Positions 23,027-33,251 are shown, counted from the stretch's first letter. The stretch is DNA of 64,000 nucleotides from Deltaproteobacteria bacterium (GCA_026129095.1 JAHCIT010000001.1:186245-250244), one strand, 5' to 3'. Notes: generated from the sequence alone by a model not told the origin. Made by a program: numbers and translations.

Positions 23027-23286
23027 TCCTTACGTTTATAATATAGAGGCATATATAAGTAAATACCGGTATTTAATAACAAACGCTGCACGAGCTTTTT
23101 CAGGAATTGAACCAGCCCGATGTCGAACAAAATGATGAGTATGATGCGGTCTTGGCCAAGAACAGCGAAACGCTCAGGCATTGCCGAAGGCCCGGTCAGG
23201 GTCTTTCCCTGATCGGGCTCAGGCACTCACCACACGCAAACAGACCCACGTCATCGGGTAGAGTTTCCCGCTTACAAGAATAAGAG

Positions 23287-23709
23287 CTAGGCCGACATCA
23301 GTGTATCTTTTCTGCGATTCTCGCCCCGCCATTCTTTGCCCCGTTCATCCGTCATGATCACGGTAAAAACCGATGGACCGAGATGGCCGCCAGGCGAGTC
23401 GGGCCACGGCAAGACAATATCGAAATCAGCAGTCAGAGCCGCCTTAACGACCTTGGCGGGCGGAAATAGCTGATGTACGCTGCTTAGCAGGCTCTCTTGG
23501 CACATCCAGGCGAGATTCCGGTTCCGGGGAATGTCGAACTCGGGCGGATCGATTGTCAGCGAAAGCAGATCGATGGTCACTCGCTGAACCCGGTGTTCCC
23601 ATGCCAAATACGCATAATGCTCCGCCGAGGCGGAGAGCTTGTCCGCAATACCGCCCGCGAAGCTTTTCAGGTAGCGGCGGCCGAGCGGTCGGCTGGGTCC
23701 GAAATCCAT
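23287..23709 (-). CDS. hypothetical protein downstream of a palindromic box
   Basis: ORF; ATG 23709 lies just after the box-associated -10 hexamer. Confidence 0.55.
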   Translation of the reverse strand: MDFGPSRPLGRRYLKSFAGGIADKLSASAEHYAYLAWEHRVQRVTIDLLSLTIDPPEFDIPRNRNLAWMCQESLLSSVHQLFPPAKVVKAALTADFDIVLPWPDSPGGHLGPSVFTVIMTDERGKEWRGENRRKDTLMSA

Positions 23710-23730
23710 GCCCAAGCATTGGATATTGCG

Positions 23731-23747
23731 GTGACATGATATGTCAC
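23731..23747 (-). promoter_or_regulatory. palindromic box 1 (GTGACA-N5-TGTCAC)
   Basis: gtgacatgatatgtcac; on the minus strand followed by N10 and AATGCT. Confidence 0.75.
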
Positions 23748-23765
23748 CGGAGCAACGTGATGAGG

Positions 23766-26351
23766 TCATGCATAGTCAGCAGCCAATAAGCCTTCGAACA
23801 AGCTCTTTGCGCCCGACGCTTTCATTACCGCCTGACGAACATCGGCACGGGTCAGATCCAGCACACGCAACTTGCCGCCAACTTCAGCAACCGATTCGAT
23901 ACGACGGTAAAAGCTTGAGTGTTCCTGTGCATAGGCAGCCAGCCCCTGAAGCTTGGGCAGCGCATCAGCCAGATGCAGTCCATGCGGATCGACTAAATCC
24001 GCAACCACCTTGCCATCCTGCTCAGCAAAGAAAATGAAATCCGGGCGGACGATCTTGAACTGTTCATCTTCGACGTAGGCGATCCCCAGCGAGGATTGCC
24101 CCGGCTGCTGCGGATTGCGATACCAGAAACGGAAACCGGCGCGATTGGACTCGGTCTCAACAACGGTGCGCTCCCAATCATTCAACTCGGCTGGGTATTT
24201 GCCGTCCTTGTCGGCAAGCAGATGGCGCTGCCAGGTTGGGAGCGTAATTATCTGGTCGTTTTCACGTGCCTTGGTGGCCTCATAGCGAGATTCAGGCTTG
24301 GCCAAATCCACATTCTGCGGCTCGGTGCTCATCTCCACAATCTGCCGGTAGGATTCCTTGCGGTCGTCCGAAAGCTTCTTGATCTGCGGCCCATAAGTCC
24401 TCAGCCATGCCTTTGCAAGCTTGTCGGCTTCGGCATCGAAGTATGGTTGAATCTCGGTAACCAAACCTAAACCCGCGACAGTGACACGAGCCTCGGTGAT
24501 GGCCTCAAGAAACTCTTCTGGATCATCGTCCACGTTAGCGATCTGTTTCGCCAAATGCTCGACGTAGGTACGTGCGATGTCCGGACTGAAAATTCGCGCC
24601 GCGCGCCTGAAGGCATCGTCAACCACTGCGACATCTGCATCCTCCCAGAATTCGTCGAAAGTTTTCGCCTTGCCTTTCATATCAGTGACGACCGTCTCGC
24701 CATCCACTGTCAACACTGACTTGCGCTTGGCCTCGATCTTTTCTTTCTGAGTCTCCTGAAATGCGTCTAGAGCCTTGTGCATCACCCCATGGGCCAGCTT
24801 GCCCGCATCAGCAAGGATACCGTCAGATGCCAACTCGTGAGCCAATGCCGTCAAGCGTTTTGCCGGTTTCGCGCCACGCTGCGGGCGGGTTTGCGATGGC
24901 AAGGATTCGAAAGCCTCCCAAACCACTGCTGACGCGTCCGGGTGGGGCTTCACCTCCACATATTCGATGAGAATGCGACCGGAAGGCGGGGCCGAATCAT
25001 CACCCTTCATCAAGACATCGACAACTTCTTCGACCGCTTTGCGGTTGAATTTCGGCAGCAAACAATCCACTGCATTCAGTCGGTCGTTGCCTGGAATGCG
25101 GCGAGCCAACGGCGAGCGCACCATCCGCCCCAGCAATTGGGTGATGTGGGTCCGATCGCTGGCGGCGCGGAAGGACACCATCACTTCAGCGCGAGGGCAG
25201 TCCCAACCAGTGCTGATGGCATCCTTGGCGATCAACACACGCACCCAGATGGAGTCCTGAACGCGTTGCGGCTCGATGTAAGGTACGTCGCGAGTTCCGA
25301 ATCGTTGCGTGCTGTGTTCGCCAAAAACGTGCGCCACGCTAGCAGCCGGCAATTCGGGATAGCGCTCGAAGATGGTTTCCAGTGCCCGCCCAATCTCGTT
25401 CGGGTCAGGTGTATTGGGAACTTGCAACACCATCAAAGGCACAACGACGCGCGCTTCTTCTTGCTGCTTGGCGTATTCGTACCAGGCGACAGTTGATTCC
25501 TTCAGCTTATCCGTAGCACGCCGCACCAGTACGGTATCGAAATCACCGGTCTCTGTGGGAATGTCCAGCAATATGGTGTCTTTGATAAGGCCGGATTCCT
25601 GCACTTTCACCGCATCCACTACCACGTTTGGCAGCTTGCTGTGCTTACCCGCGGACTCAATGGCCTTGTTGAAACGCTCCACCGTCGCCGAAATTCCCCA
25701 TATCACCGGTATGCCGGTCACACTGCCAGAGCCGTTGATCAGGCGCTGTACGATGGTGTTTTTTTCCTTAATCGTCGCATTGCCCATGCCACGGTGCGCT
25801 TCGTCCAGCACCAGGTACAAGGTCAAATCCGGATCGTCGATGGTGTTCTGAATCGTGTCCCATATGGTGTAGGCACGAAGGTCGGGGCGGATCGCCGGTA
25901 GCAATGCCCCCGCCCTGGCCTCCAATTCCTCAAGATCATGGCCGCGTACCAGCAGACTATTCTTGCTTAACTTCTGGGTGTTGAGAAAATAGATTTTACC
26001 GGCCTCAAATCTAGGGCGATTAAAGGTATTTTCCACCACAACCATATCGGTGTATTTGATGCGGTCGCTGGCTTCCATCAGGCGGAAGCGGGTCTGCTCG
26101 TTCAATGACGGATCATCGCTGAACCAGATCACCACAGCGCTGGGGTCGGCCTCAAAATCGAATTCGTCGTCGCCGTAAAACAGCGCCTCGAACGCAGCGG
26201 CCGCCATCACGGTTTTACCCGCACCAGTGACCGCAGTCAGAGAAAATGCCGTCTTATCGGACTCGCCATGCCATCGGCTGCGTGCTTTTCGAAGATGATT
26301 GAGGACATCGCGCACGGCGTCGCGCTGATAATCCTTGAGGGTAAACTTCAT
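23766..26351 (-). CDS. type III restriction-like SF2 helicase/endonuclease (Res)
   Basis: LKDYQ, TGAGKT, DEAH, SAT, TGWDCP, QLLGRMVR; C-terminal RPDFIF...VDPH nuclease-like region. Confidence 0.88.
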   Translation of the reverse strand: MKFTLKDYQRDAVRDVLNHLRKARSRWHGESDKTAFSLTAVTGAGKTVMAAAAFEALFYGDDEFDFEADPSAVVIWFSDDPSLNEQTRFRLMEASDRIKYTDMVVVENTFNRPRFEAGKIYFLNTQKLSKNSLLVRGHDLEELEARAGALLPAIRPDLRAYTIWDTIQNTIDDPDLTLYLVLDEAHRGMGNATIKEKNTIVQRLINGSGSVTGIPVIWGISATVERFNKAIESAGKHSKLPNVVVDAVKVQESGLIKDTILLDIPTETGDFDTVLVRRATDKLKESTVAWYEYAKQQEEARVVVPLMVLQVPNTPDPNEIGRALETIFERYPELPAASVAHVFGEHSTQRFGTRDVPYIEPQRVQDSIWVRVLIAKDAISTGWDCPRAEVMVSFRAASDRTHITQLLGRMVRSPLARRIPGNDRLNAVDCLLPKFNRKAVEEVVDVLMKGDDSAPPSGRILIEYVEVKPHPDASAVVWEAFESLPSQTRPQRGAKPAKRLTALAHELASDGILADAGKLAHGVMHKALDAFQETQKEKIEAKRKSVLTVDGETVVTDMKGKAKTFDEFWEDADVAVVDDAFRRAARIFSPDIARTYVEHLAKQIANVDDDPEEFLEAITEARVTVAGLGLVTEIQPYFDAEADKLAKAWLRTYGPQIKKLSDDRKESYRQIVEMSTEPQNVDLAKPESRYEATKARENDQIITLPTWQRHLLADKDGKYPAELNDWERTVVETESNRAGFRFWYRNPQQPGQSSLGIAYVEDEQFKIVRPDFIFFAEQDGKVVADLVDPHGLHLADALPKLQGLAAYAQEHSSFYRRIESVAEVGGKLRVLDLTRADVRQAVMKASGAKSLFEGLLAADYA

Positions 26352-26354
26352 GCT

Positions 26355-28460
26355 TTATTCCCCGTTCACGAAGCTGAAATTGGACAGGTAGGACTCATAC
26401 AGGCGCACCGGTTCCACCCCCTCGGGCAAACGCTTGGCAATGGACTGGAAACGCCGGTCGTCGTCCGTGACAATGTAGGCGATGCGCAGGCCGCTGGATT
26501 GTTTCACCGCTTGAACGAACGGAGTGGCTTGATCGACCTCGCTCAACAGACCATAGGTGTCCACCACCGCCCAGCCCCCGGCAGGTAATTTGTCAATGCG
26601 TCGGCCTTGGGCACCAGCCCGCAGCCAAAGCATGGGCGCGATGCGCGCATACGCCAGATTGTGGTTAACAGCGTTCCGGGCCTCATAGGTCAGGGTGAAG
26701 AACTCGGCGTTTTCCTCAAAACCTTCAGCCATCGGGAATTCGTCGGTGAACTTATAATCGCTCTTGATTGGCTCACCACCCGGGGTCTTGCCCGTGATCG
26801 CCGCCGCGACACGCGGCTTGGTGATGTAGTCGCAGATGCCATATCTTTCCCATTCGGCATCACCGGGACGCAGGCCCTTCTCACGTAGTGCCCTCTGTTC
26901 GTCTGCGGCAACCTCGTTATTGGTGACGGAAATGCACTGCCTGTGACCGCCATCCTGGCGGTTCAGGCGCATCACAGCGTGGGCTGTGGTACCGGAGCCA
27001 GAGAAGAAGTCGAGGATGATAGCCTTGAGTTTCCCTCGAACGGAAAGGCGAAGCACGTCTTCAACCGCATAAAGCGATTTTGGATAAGGAAACTTGCGTC
27101 CAGGTAGCAGCGTTTTAAGTAGCCCAGAACCATGTTCACTTGCACTATGGCTTACGTTGTCCCACAGGGTTCGAGGAGCCGAAACTCGCCCTCCTTCCTC
27201 AGGATAGTATACTTGCAATACACCGTCTGACGTCTTTCCTCGTACTTCCAACTCGCCAGCTTCAATTGCTGAAAGCTGCTCGGACGTTAGGTAGAATATC
27301 GGGAACTGCCCTTCAGTAAAGTTTACTCTCCCAACTTTAACTGCCCCGATTTTGATCAACTCCCTCAATCTTTCGGGAATGACTGACCATCTCCCATCTT
27401 CACCATCAGGACGGGGTGTGGGCCACACGGCAATGAGCCCTTTTTGTGGGGCCACAGAGTTTACGTCTTGTTCTATTGGCAAAGCATCGCCAACTTCAAC
27501 AATTTTGCCTGCTCTATTGAAGTAGATCGGATAGAAGGCACCCGGCGATTTACTTCGGACGCCGTTCGCGCCCGTTCTCGTCAAACCTCGCCACCGAACC
27601 TCTGTTCCACCACTTCCTTCTTTGATATCCCCTACAATTCTAGAGGAGCCAAACTGTGCAACGAAGATGTACTCGTCCACACGCGAAAATCCATCGCGTG
27701 GTACTCCTTTCGGGTTGATAACCGACGAAATCATTTGAATTCGTGCTTCCGGAAATATCTGCTCCAGCAGTAACCCCAAACGCAGATATTCCTTTTCGTC
27801 AATGGTCACTATCAGCACCGAATCCGCCGGATTCAGCAGCACCTTGGCAACCTCCAAACGTCGCTCCATCATCGCCAGCCATTTGCTGTGGCGGTACTGG
27901 TCATCGCCCTCGACGTAGTCGTTGTTGTATTTCCAGTCCTTCGCGCCGGTGTTGTAGGGCGGGTCAATGTAGATAGCGTCCACCTTGCCCGGGTGCGTGT
28001 AGGTCAGCGCCTTCAGTACGTGATAGTTCTCGCCATTGATGACGGTGTGGAACGGCTTGTCGCCGCCGCGCGTAACCTTGCCGGTGCTGACCAAACCGGG
28101 ATAGATCGTGTCGCGGAATTCAGCCACCACGACCAGATCTTCCAGTGATACCGATTGTGTCTCGGTTTCTGTTGTGTCCAGCAATTCCAAGTCGGCCAGA
28201 TTCTTGGCTTTATTGATGACCTTAACCTGCCACAGGCGTTTGTCGCCTTTTTTGACCGAGCCGCGCTCCGGCAGCACGCGCACTTTATCGCCCTTGCGAA
28301 CCGGACGCAGCGGCAACTCGACGGCCTCCGGGCAGTGACGCTCAAAGTTCAGGCCAAATGGCAGCCGGGAGGAAAGCGCCTTGAACTCACGCTCCAAATC
28401 CGCACCCAGTTGTGCGTCCTTCGACTTGGCTCGGGCGAGTAGATCAGTGAGTCGAGACAC
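26355..28460 (-). CDS. type III R-M DNA adenine methyltransferase (Mod, beta class)
   Basis: IYIDPPY before DFFSGSGTT; FPYPKS; GTG 28460 preferred as start. Confidence 0.9.
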   Translation of the reverse strand: MSRLTDLLARAKSKDAQLGADLEREFKALSSRLPFGLNFERHCPEAVELPLRPVRKGDKVRVLPERGSVKKGDKRLWQVKVINKAKNLADLELLDTTETETQSVSLEDLVVVAEFRDTIYPGLVSTGKVTRGGDKPFHTVINGENYHVLKALTYTHPGKVDAIYIDPPYNTGAKDWKYNNDYVEGDDQYRHSKWLAMMERRLEVAKVLLNPADSVLIVTIDEKEYLRLGLLLEQIFPEARIQMISSVINPKGVPRDGFSRVDEYIFVAQFGSSRIVGDIKEGSGGTEVRWRGLTRTGANGVRSKSPGAFYPIYFNRAGKIVEVGDALPIEQDVNSVAPQKGLIAVWPTPRPDGEDGRWSVIPERLRELIKIGAVKVGRVNFTEGQFPIFYLTSEQLSAIEAGELEVRGKTSDGVLQVYYPEEGGRVSAPRTLWDNVSHSASEHGSGLLKTLLPGRKFPYPKSLYAVEDVLRLSVRGKLKAIILDFFSGSGTTAHAVMRLNRQDGGHRQCISVTNNEVAADEQRALREKGLRPGDAEWERYGICDYITKPRVAAAITGKTPGGEPIKSDYKFTDEFPMAEGFEENAEFFTLTYEARNAVNHNLAYARIAPMLWLRAGAQGRRIDKLPAGGWAVVDTYGLLSEVDQATPFVQAVKQSSGLRIAYIVTDDDRRFQSIAKRLPEGVEPVRLYESYLSNFSFVNGE

Positions 28461-28598
28461 GTGGTTCCCTGCTTGTCGTGGTGTGCGGCGTGATGAATAA
28501 CGCAATCAGCGCTTACTTGTTCGGAAATTTTTTAGTAATAATGGCAATTCAGCGATCCAGCTCAGTGTCGGCATCGAAACTCCCGGAGTATAGCTCTC

Positions 28599-28627
28599 GC
28601 TCGCCCTTCGACAGGCTCAGGGTGAGC
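28599..28627. repeat. REP-like stem-loop
   Basis: gctcgcccttcgacaggctcagggtgagc, imperfect inverted repeat in intergenic DNA. Confidence 0.45.
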
Positions 28628-28767
28628 TCATCAGGTATACCCGCAATCTTTCCATTTCTCCAAAGGAGGGCAAGCGGCGGGCTCCCCCGGCCCTTTGGGC
28701 CACTCTCCCTGTGCACAGTGACCCATACCTTCCTTTCCGGTCCGTTATAGAATTGAAAGAAGCCGGC

Positions 28768-29280
28768 CTATGACCTCACCCACGGATACCTTTTCAGAAA
28801 CTCCCACTTCGGCCATCCGGCCCAGTCGGCCAGAACCGTCAGGACCCAGGGGAAGTCGGTCCGCTCGCCGTAGGCGAGGATGAACTCCAGTTGCTTCCGC
28901 ACTTCACGATCCGTGACAGGGCGGCGATTGTAGAGAGCGACGTCGCGCAGAATCGCCTGTAACAGCCGGCGCTCGCCGGATTTTTCGGCAGCAGAAGCTG
29001 ACCGCTTCATGGCGGCCTTCCACGATCGGCTATGGATACCTTCCGTCGCCAGATGGCCGCATTCGTGGATCAGCGTCTCCCGCCGGGCGATTGATCCCAA
29101 GGATTGGGCTTTCGGAAACAGGCCAATGGTGAACGTCTGACGATCAATCGCTGCAATCATACCGGGTGCCGGATGCGACGTGAATAGGAGCTTTACTCGT
29201 TTGGCCTTAGGCCACCAGGAGAGTGAGGTCTGCCGGATGTGGTCAAGATCGGCCTGCCAGATATGCCTTAACTTCATCAA
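28768..29280 (-). CDS. HExxH zinc metalloprotease-like (SprT-like) protein
   Basis: ETLIHECGH...HSRSWK. Confidence 0.6.
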   Translation of the reverse strand: MMKLRHIWQADLDHIRQTSLSWWPKAKRVKLLFTSHPAPGMIAAIDRQTFTIGLFPKAQSLGSIARRETLIHECGHLATEGIHSRSWKAAMKRSASAAEKSGERRLLQAILRDVALYNRRPVTDREVRKQLEFILAYGERTDFPWVLTVLADWAGWPKWEFLKRYPWVRS

Positions 29281-29286
29281 AGACTA

Positions 29287-30147
29287 CTAAGAAGTGACTT
29301 TCCCTTCTTCTACCGCCCCTAAGGTCTTACCATCCTCAGTCTTCCAGTCAGCGCGACCATTTGAAACACGCCCGAGCATCACACCGGCTGCAGTTGATGG
29401 GGAACCAAACTCATAATCTTGTATCAACTCATATTTTTCACCCTTTTCAGCCAACACCCCCTGCAAAATCAACGATGCCCGAAGCTCTGACAAATACCCA
29501 TGCAACGAATCCGTTTGAGTTTTTGCTGCGTATGATCCGCTTCGAACAACGAACCCTGCCGATGATACATACCCCTTTGCCTGGATACCTCGGCCATTAA
29601 GCACATAATCGGCCACAGAAGATCCTCCAGCCGATGGGATCTGGAAAAAACTGTATCCGAGTGCGGATAAACACAAGAGGGTATTTTCTAAGAATGCTTC
29701 TGCTTGAGCTTCATCAGGCTCCGAGAGTGATGGCCGCTGCGGAGAGTTACCATTGTCAATTACACATTTCTTAGCCTGCTTCGAAAGCTCAAGTAGCCGC
29801 GCCTCAAGATATTGAATATGTGCTTTGTTTAACCCTTGGCTCAAGCTTGTAAATACGACAGCGGTTGTCCAGAAGTCCTTTTCTTTGATATGTTTATTTA
29901 AACGCTCTCTGACTGGGTCTCCCTCGCCAACATAGATTTGCTGCATTTGTGAATCACTACTTGGTCCCACAAGCAAGTAAACACCTGGTGAGCTGCATTC
30001 CTTTCGACCACTAGCATTCGGATACAGCGGTCTAGGGATCAAAAGCCCGAGACCTGACCAATTAGATTTTTCTACCGTTTTTAGTCCATCCGGATCACCA
30101 TCCGGCATAAACATACGCACCCAGAAACCCGAGTTTTTCATTTTCAA
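29287..30147 (-). CDS. GIY-YIG nuclease with C-terminal DUF4357-like domain
   Basis: GVYLLVG...YVGEG...RLNKH; YLEARL; FGSPSTAAGVMLGR..NGRADWK. Confidence 0.85.
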   Translation of the reverse strand: MKMKNSGFWVRMFMPDGDPDGLKTVEKSNWSGLGLLIPRPLYPNASGRKECSSPGVYLLVGPSSDSQMQQIYVGEGDPVRERLNKHIKEKDFWTTAVVFTSLSQGLNKAHIQYLEARLLELSKQAKKCVIDNGNSPQRPSLSEPDEAQAEAFLENTLLCLSALGYSFFQIPSAGGSSVADYVLNGRGIQAKGYVSSAGFVVRSGSYAAKTQTDSLHGYLSELRASLILQGVLAEKGEKYELIQDYEFGSPSTAAGVMLGRVSNGRADWKTEDGKTLGAVEEGKVTS

Positions 30148-30214
30148 AACTCCATTGATATATATTGCGATAATACAACGAAATATAGTCGTGTTTTCTT
30201 ACGGCAAGCGCATA

Positions 30215-30724
30215 TCATTTTTCGGCCTCAATCGTACCGTCTTCACCAACCCTGAGCGTCAGCCACTCGTACCGTTCCTTTTCGACGGCCTGGGCAACGC
30301 TCTTCTGGGCTTGGCGCTGTTCGTCTGACGGGCGGGTCCGGCGGTCGAGCAAGATCAGCTTTTCGACTCTCTTGTCGGTCTTGCCATCAAACACGACGAA
30401 ATCGATCGGGTGAAAGATCACCTTGGCGTCATCTGGGTTCAGGCGTTTGGGCCGGAATATCCGGTCCACTGCGCGGATTGCCTTTTCGGCCGCCTGGCGG
30501 CCTTTGATGCGGGCGGCTTCCTTGATCTTCTCCCGGTCGTTGTCGAGACGGTCCTGCGCCGCTTCCACTTTGGCCCCTTCCGCTTCAAAGCGGTCCAGCC
30601 AGTCGGCTTTCGGGCGGGACTTTATGTAGATCTGGCAATCACTCAGCCGGAAAATCTCTCCACTATTCGGGCAGACCCCGAAAATGCTTCGCTGCATTTC
30701 GAACAGCTTCAGGAAGGGGTTCAT
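30215..30724 (-). CDS. Holliday-junction-resolvase-related PD-(D/E)XK protein, paralog 2
   Basis: FHPIDFVVFDG...LLDRRT...Q; coiled-coil middle region. Confidence 0.7.
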   Translation of the reverse strand: MNPFLKLFEMQRSIFGVCPNSGEIFRLSDCQIYIKSRPKADWLDRFEAEGAKVEAAQDRLDNDREKIKEAARIKGRQAAEKAIRAVDRIFRPKRLNPDDAKVIFHPIDFVVFDGKTDKRVEKLILLDRRTRPSDEQRQAQKSVAQAVEKERYEWLTLRVGEDGTIEAEK

Positions 30725-31239
30725 TACTTAGCCTCCGGGTCGTAAACGTCCCATTCGACCCGTTTCTGCCCGACCAGATCGCGGATCTCCTTCTGGGTGC
30801 TGCTTAGGCGCGCTTGGCCGGTCTTTACGTCCACAAAGAAAATCCGATCCACGCGGCCCTTCTCGGAGAGCCCTTCAAAGATCACGTAGTCGATGGGGTC
30901 GAACAGCGAGCGGCAATCGCCCGGGTTGAAACGGAACGACTTCATGGCAGGAGCCAGCCGTTCCAGAACAAATCCGATATTCGCCGTGTGAGCGGCGGTT
31001 TCAGAACGCTGCCTCAGCCGCTTACGGTCTTCCCGTACTTTGTCACGGCTTTCCTTGAGGGCTTCGAGCATCCCTTCGTAAACACCCCGCGCCTTGCTGG
31101 TGAACTGGTCCAGCCAGAACAGCCCGGCGTGCTTGAGGGAGATCTCCTCCTGGCAGCACGGGCAGACCGCAAAAAACTTCCCCGACGACAGCGAACGGAT
31201 CAGCTCCGCCGCCTCTTTGGGTACGACACTTTTAGCCAT
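30724..31239 (-). CDS. Holliday-junction-resolvase-related PD-(D/E)XK endonuclease, paralog 1
   Basis: ERLAP, FDPIDYVIFEG, FVDVKTG, LSSTQKEIRD. Confidence 0.8.
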   Translation of the reverse strand: MAKSVVPKEAAELIRSLSSGKFFAVCPCCQEEISLKHAGLFWLDQFTSKARGVYEGMLEALKESRDKVREDRKRLRQRSETAAHTANIGFVLERLAPAMKSFRFNPGDCRSLFDPIDYVIFEGLSEKGRVDRIFFVDVKTGQARLSSTQKEIRDLVGQKRVEWDVYDPEAK

Positions 31240-31262
31240 CGGTCGATTTCTCCGGCTTCCCG

Positions 31263-33197
31263 TCAGTCAATTCGGCTCTGATGGGACTTCAGTGTATTGA
31301 GACTGCTACCGATCCACAACAACCGCTCGGCCAGCTCAAGAGCGTCCACGGGCCAGAATTCGCATGGACGCGGACGATGAATCCGGCTCAGTCCATCGAT
31401 CGGCCTGCAAGTGAGGATCCGGTCACGCCACTGTGCGGGGACGGCCTCGCGGCCGTAGACCGCCCCAAGCAGCGCGCCGCAGATCGCGGCGTTGGTGTCG
31501 GTGTCGCCGCCCCGGCGGACGGTGTCGATCACACCCGCCTCGAACGACGGCGCGTGCAATAACTGGTAAAAGGCATTCTGCAGCGCGATCAGCACCCAGC
31601 CCTGCTGGTGCAGAAAGTCGTCCGGTGGTCCCTCGCTCGCGGCCTGGAGAGTGCGAATGATCTCCGGCGACAACTCCTGCTCAGCGGCGTACTGCCCGCA
31701 CCGGTCGAACACGACGTTCGCCGCACTGCCCCGGATCGCCTCGCGGATCGCAAAGGCAAAGAGGCGGTTCGCGTGGACACAGACCGGATTCGGATGGGTT
31801 AATTCCGCGTCTTCGCCCGCCCACTTGAGCGGAGCATCGGTATCTGCCGCTGCCGCGACAACTCCCAGGGGACTGATCCGCATGAGCCCGCCATTCGCCT
31901 GCGAATGAGGGGTGGCCGACTGGAGCGCCTCCGCCTCAGGGTCGCCGCCGTCACGGAGCGCCCGTGCGGCCAGCGCCAGAGCCTTCGCCGTGGTATTACC
32001 GATATCGAACGGCTTGGTATTGTACCAGTGAGCATATGCACGCGCCGCTGTTGCCCGCGAATATGTCCCGCTCTCCACAATCGAGCGCGCCAGCATCAGC
32101 GCCATTTCTGAATCGTCCGTCGGCTGTCCCGCGAGCGTCACCCAGGTTCCGCCTTCAAGCAGCTCCCGGGGACCGTCCGGGTACAACTTCGTGATGCTTT
32201 CCGGCCCCTTGAACTCGACGAGACTTCCGAGCGCATCGCCGGCGAACTGACCAAGAAGGCAACCCTGAGCGCGGGCGAGCTGTACGGGAGCAGTCTCCCG
32301 GTACACTTTCCCTTTTTCAGGCCGGATCAGGGGATACACGTCGTTCAGTGCCGATGGTTTGGCAAATACCCGCTCCCACGGTTTGCCGGCCAGTTTCTGA
32401 AGGTATTTCTCCCCGCCGCCGAAACACCGGCCTCCGCAACTGCTGCCGCCTGTGACGGAATAGGTAACAGGCTTGCCGCCAGCATTGATCAGCTCGCCGC
32501 CTGCGGCACGAATAAGCGCGTGCCCCGCCGCGTAGTCCCATCCGACCGGCCCGTTGAGCGAAACCGCCGCGTCGCCCTCTCCGGCCGCAACCAGCGCCAG
32601 CCGGTAGGCGATTCCGGGGACTGTCCGGAACCGCGCCGGAGCGGCAACTTCCGCATTGGCCATCGAGTTCTTGTCGGCGTCCTGGGAAACAAGAATGGTC
32701 GACTCCCGGCTGAGTTCATCCGCCCACTGGCGGATCACCGGCTGGCCGTTCCGGCGCAGCGGCCCGAAGCCTTCCGCCCAGGCGAACAGGTCTCCCTGAT
32801 CGTCCGGGGCACAGAATGCGTAGATGACGCCTAGCACCGGCTCGCCTGCCCGGAGCAGCGCGATCGATACCGCCGAGCCCCGGTGGTTCTTCAGAAAGGC
32901 GCTCGTGCCGTCGTTCGGGTCCACCAGCCAGCAGTGCTGCTTGTCGTCTGCGGGCGTTTTCTTTGCACCAAGCTCCTCGCCGGTGTAGCCGAACCCGTTA
33001 TCAGCGTAATCGGAGAACAGGATGCCGTAGATACACTTCTCGGCCTCCTTATCGATCTCGGCGTGACCGCCGGAACCTCGCGGACCGCCCTTCCGGTAGA
33101 ACTCGTTTCTGAGCATCTCCCCCGAACAGACCGCCGCCTTCACCGCCAGCGGAAGCAGGTGCTCGTAGGACCGAAGATAGGTTTCCAGACCAGGCAT
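31263..33197 (-). CDS. inositol monophosphatase / ADP-ribosylglycohydrolase fusion
   Basis: IMPase motifs GEE, WLVDPNDGT, WDYAAG; ARH motifs GDALG, TDDSEM, NGGLMRISP, GGDTDTNAA; ATG 33197 after GGAGGG. Confidence 0.88.
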   Translation of the reverse strand: MPGLETYLRSYEHLLPLAVKAAVCSGEMLRNEFYRKGGPRGSGGHAEIDKEAEKCIYGILFSDYADNGFGYTGEELGAKKTPADDKQHCWLVDPNDGTSAFLKNHRGSAVSIALLRAGEPVLGVIYAFCAPDDQGDLFAWAEGFGPLRRNGQPVIRQWADELSRESTILVSQDADKNSMANAEVAAPARFRTVPGIAYRLALVAAGEGDAAVSLNGPVGWDYAAGHALIRAAGGELINAGGKPVTYSVTGGSSCGGRCFGGGEKYLQKLAGKPWERVFAKPSALNDVYPLIRPEKGKVYRETAPVQLARAQGCLLGQFAGDALGSLVEFKGPESITKLYPDGPRELLEGGTWVTLAGQPTDDSEMALMLARSIVESGTYSRATAARAYAHWYNTKPFDIGNTTAKALALAARALRDGGDPEAEALQSATPHSQANGGLMRISPLGVVAAAADTDAPLKWAGEDAELTHPNPVCVHANRLFAFAIREAIRGSAANVVFDRCGQYAAEQELSPEIIRTLQAASEGPPDDFLHQQGWVLIALQNAFYQLLHAPSFEAGVIDTVRRGGDTDTNAAICGALLGAVYGREAVPAQWRDRILTCRPIDGLSRIHRPRPCEFWPVDALELAERLLWIGSSLNTLKSHQSRID

Positions 33198-33234
33198 AGA
33201 CCCTCCCTGAATAGAGGGATCTTGGCATGGGCCT

Positions 33235-33251
33235 GTGACAGGTAGTGTCAC
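33235..33251 (-). promoter_or_regulatory. palindromic box 2
   Basis: gtgacaggtagtgtcac; minus strand N10 then CAAGAT, toward the IMPase-ARH gene. Confidence 0.8.
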
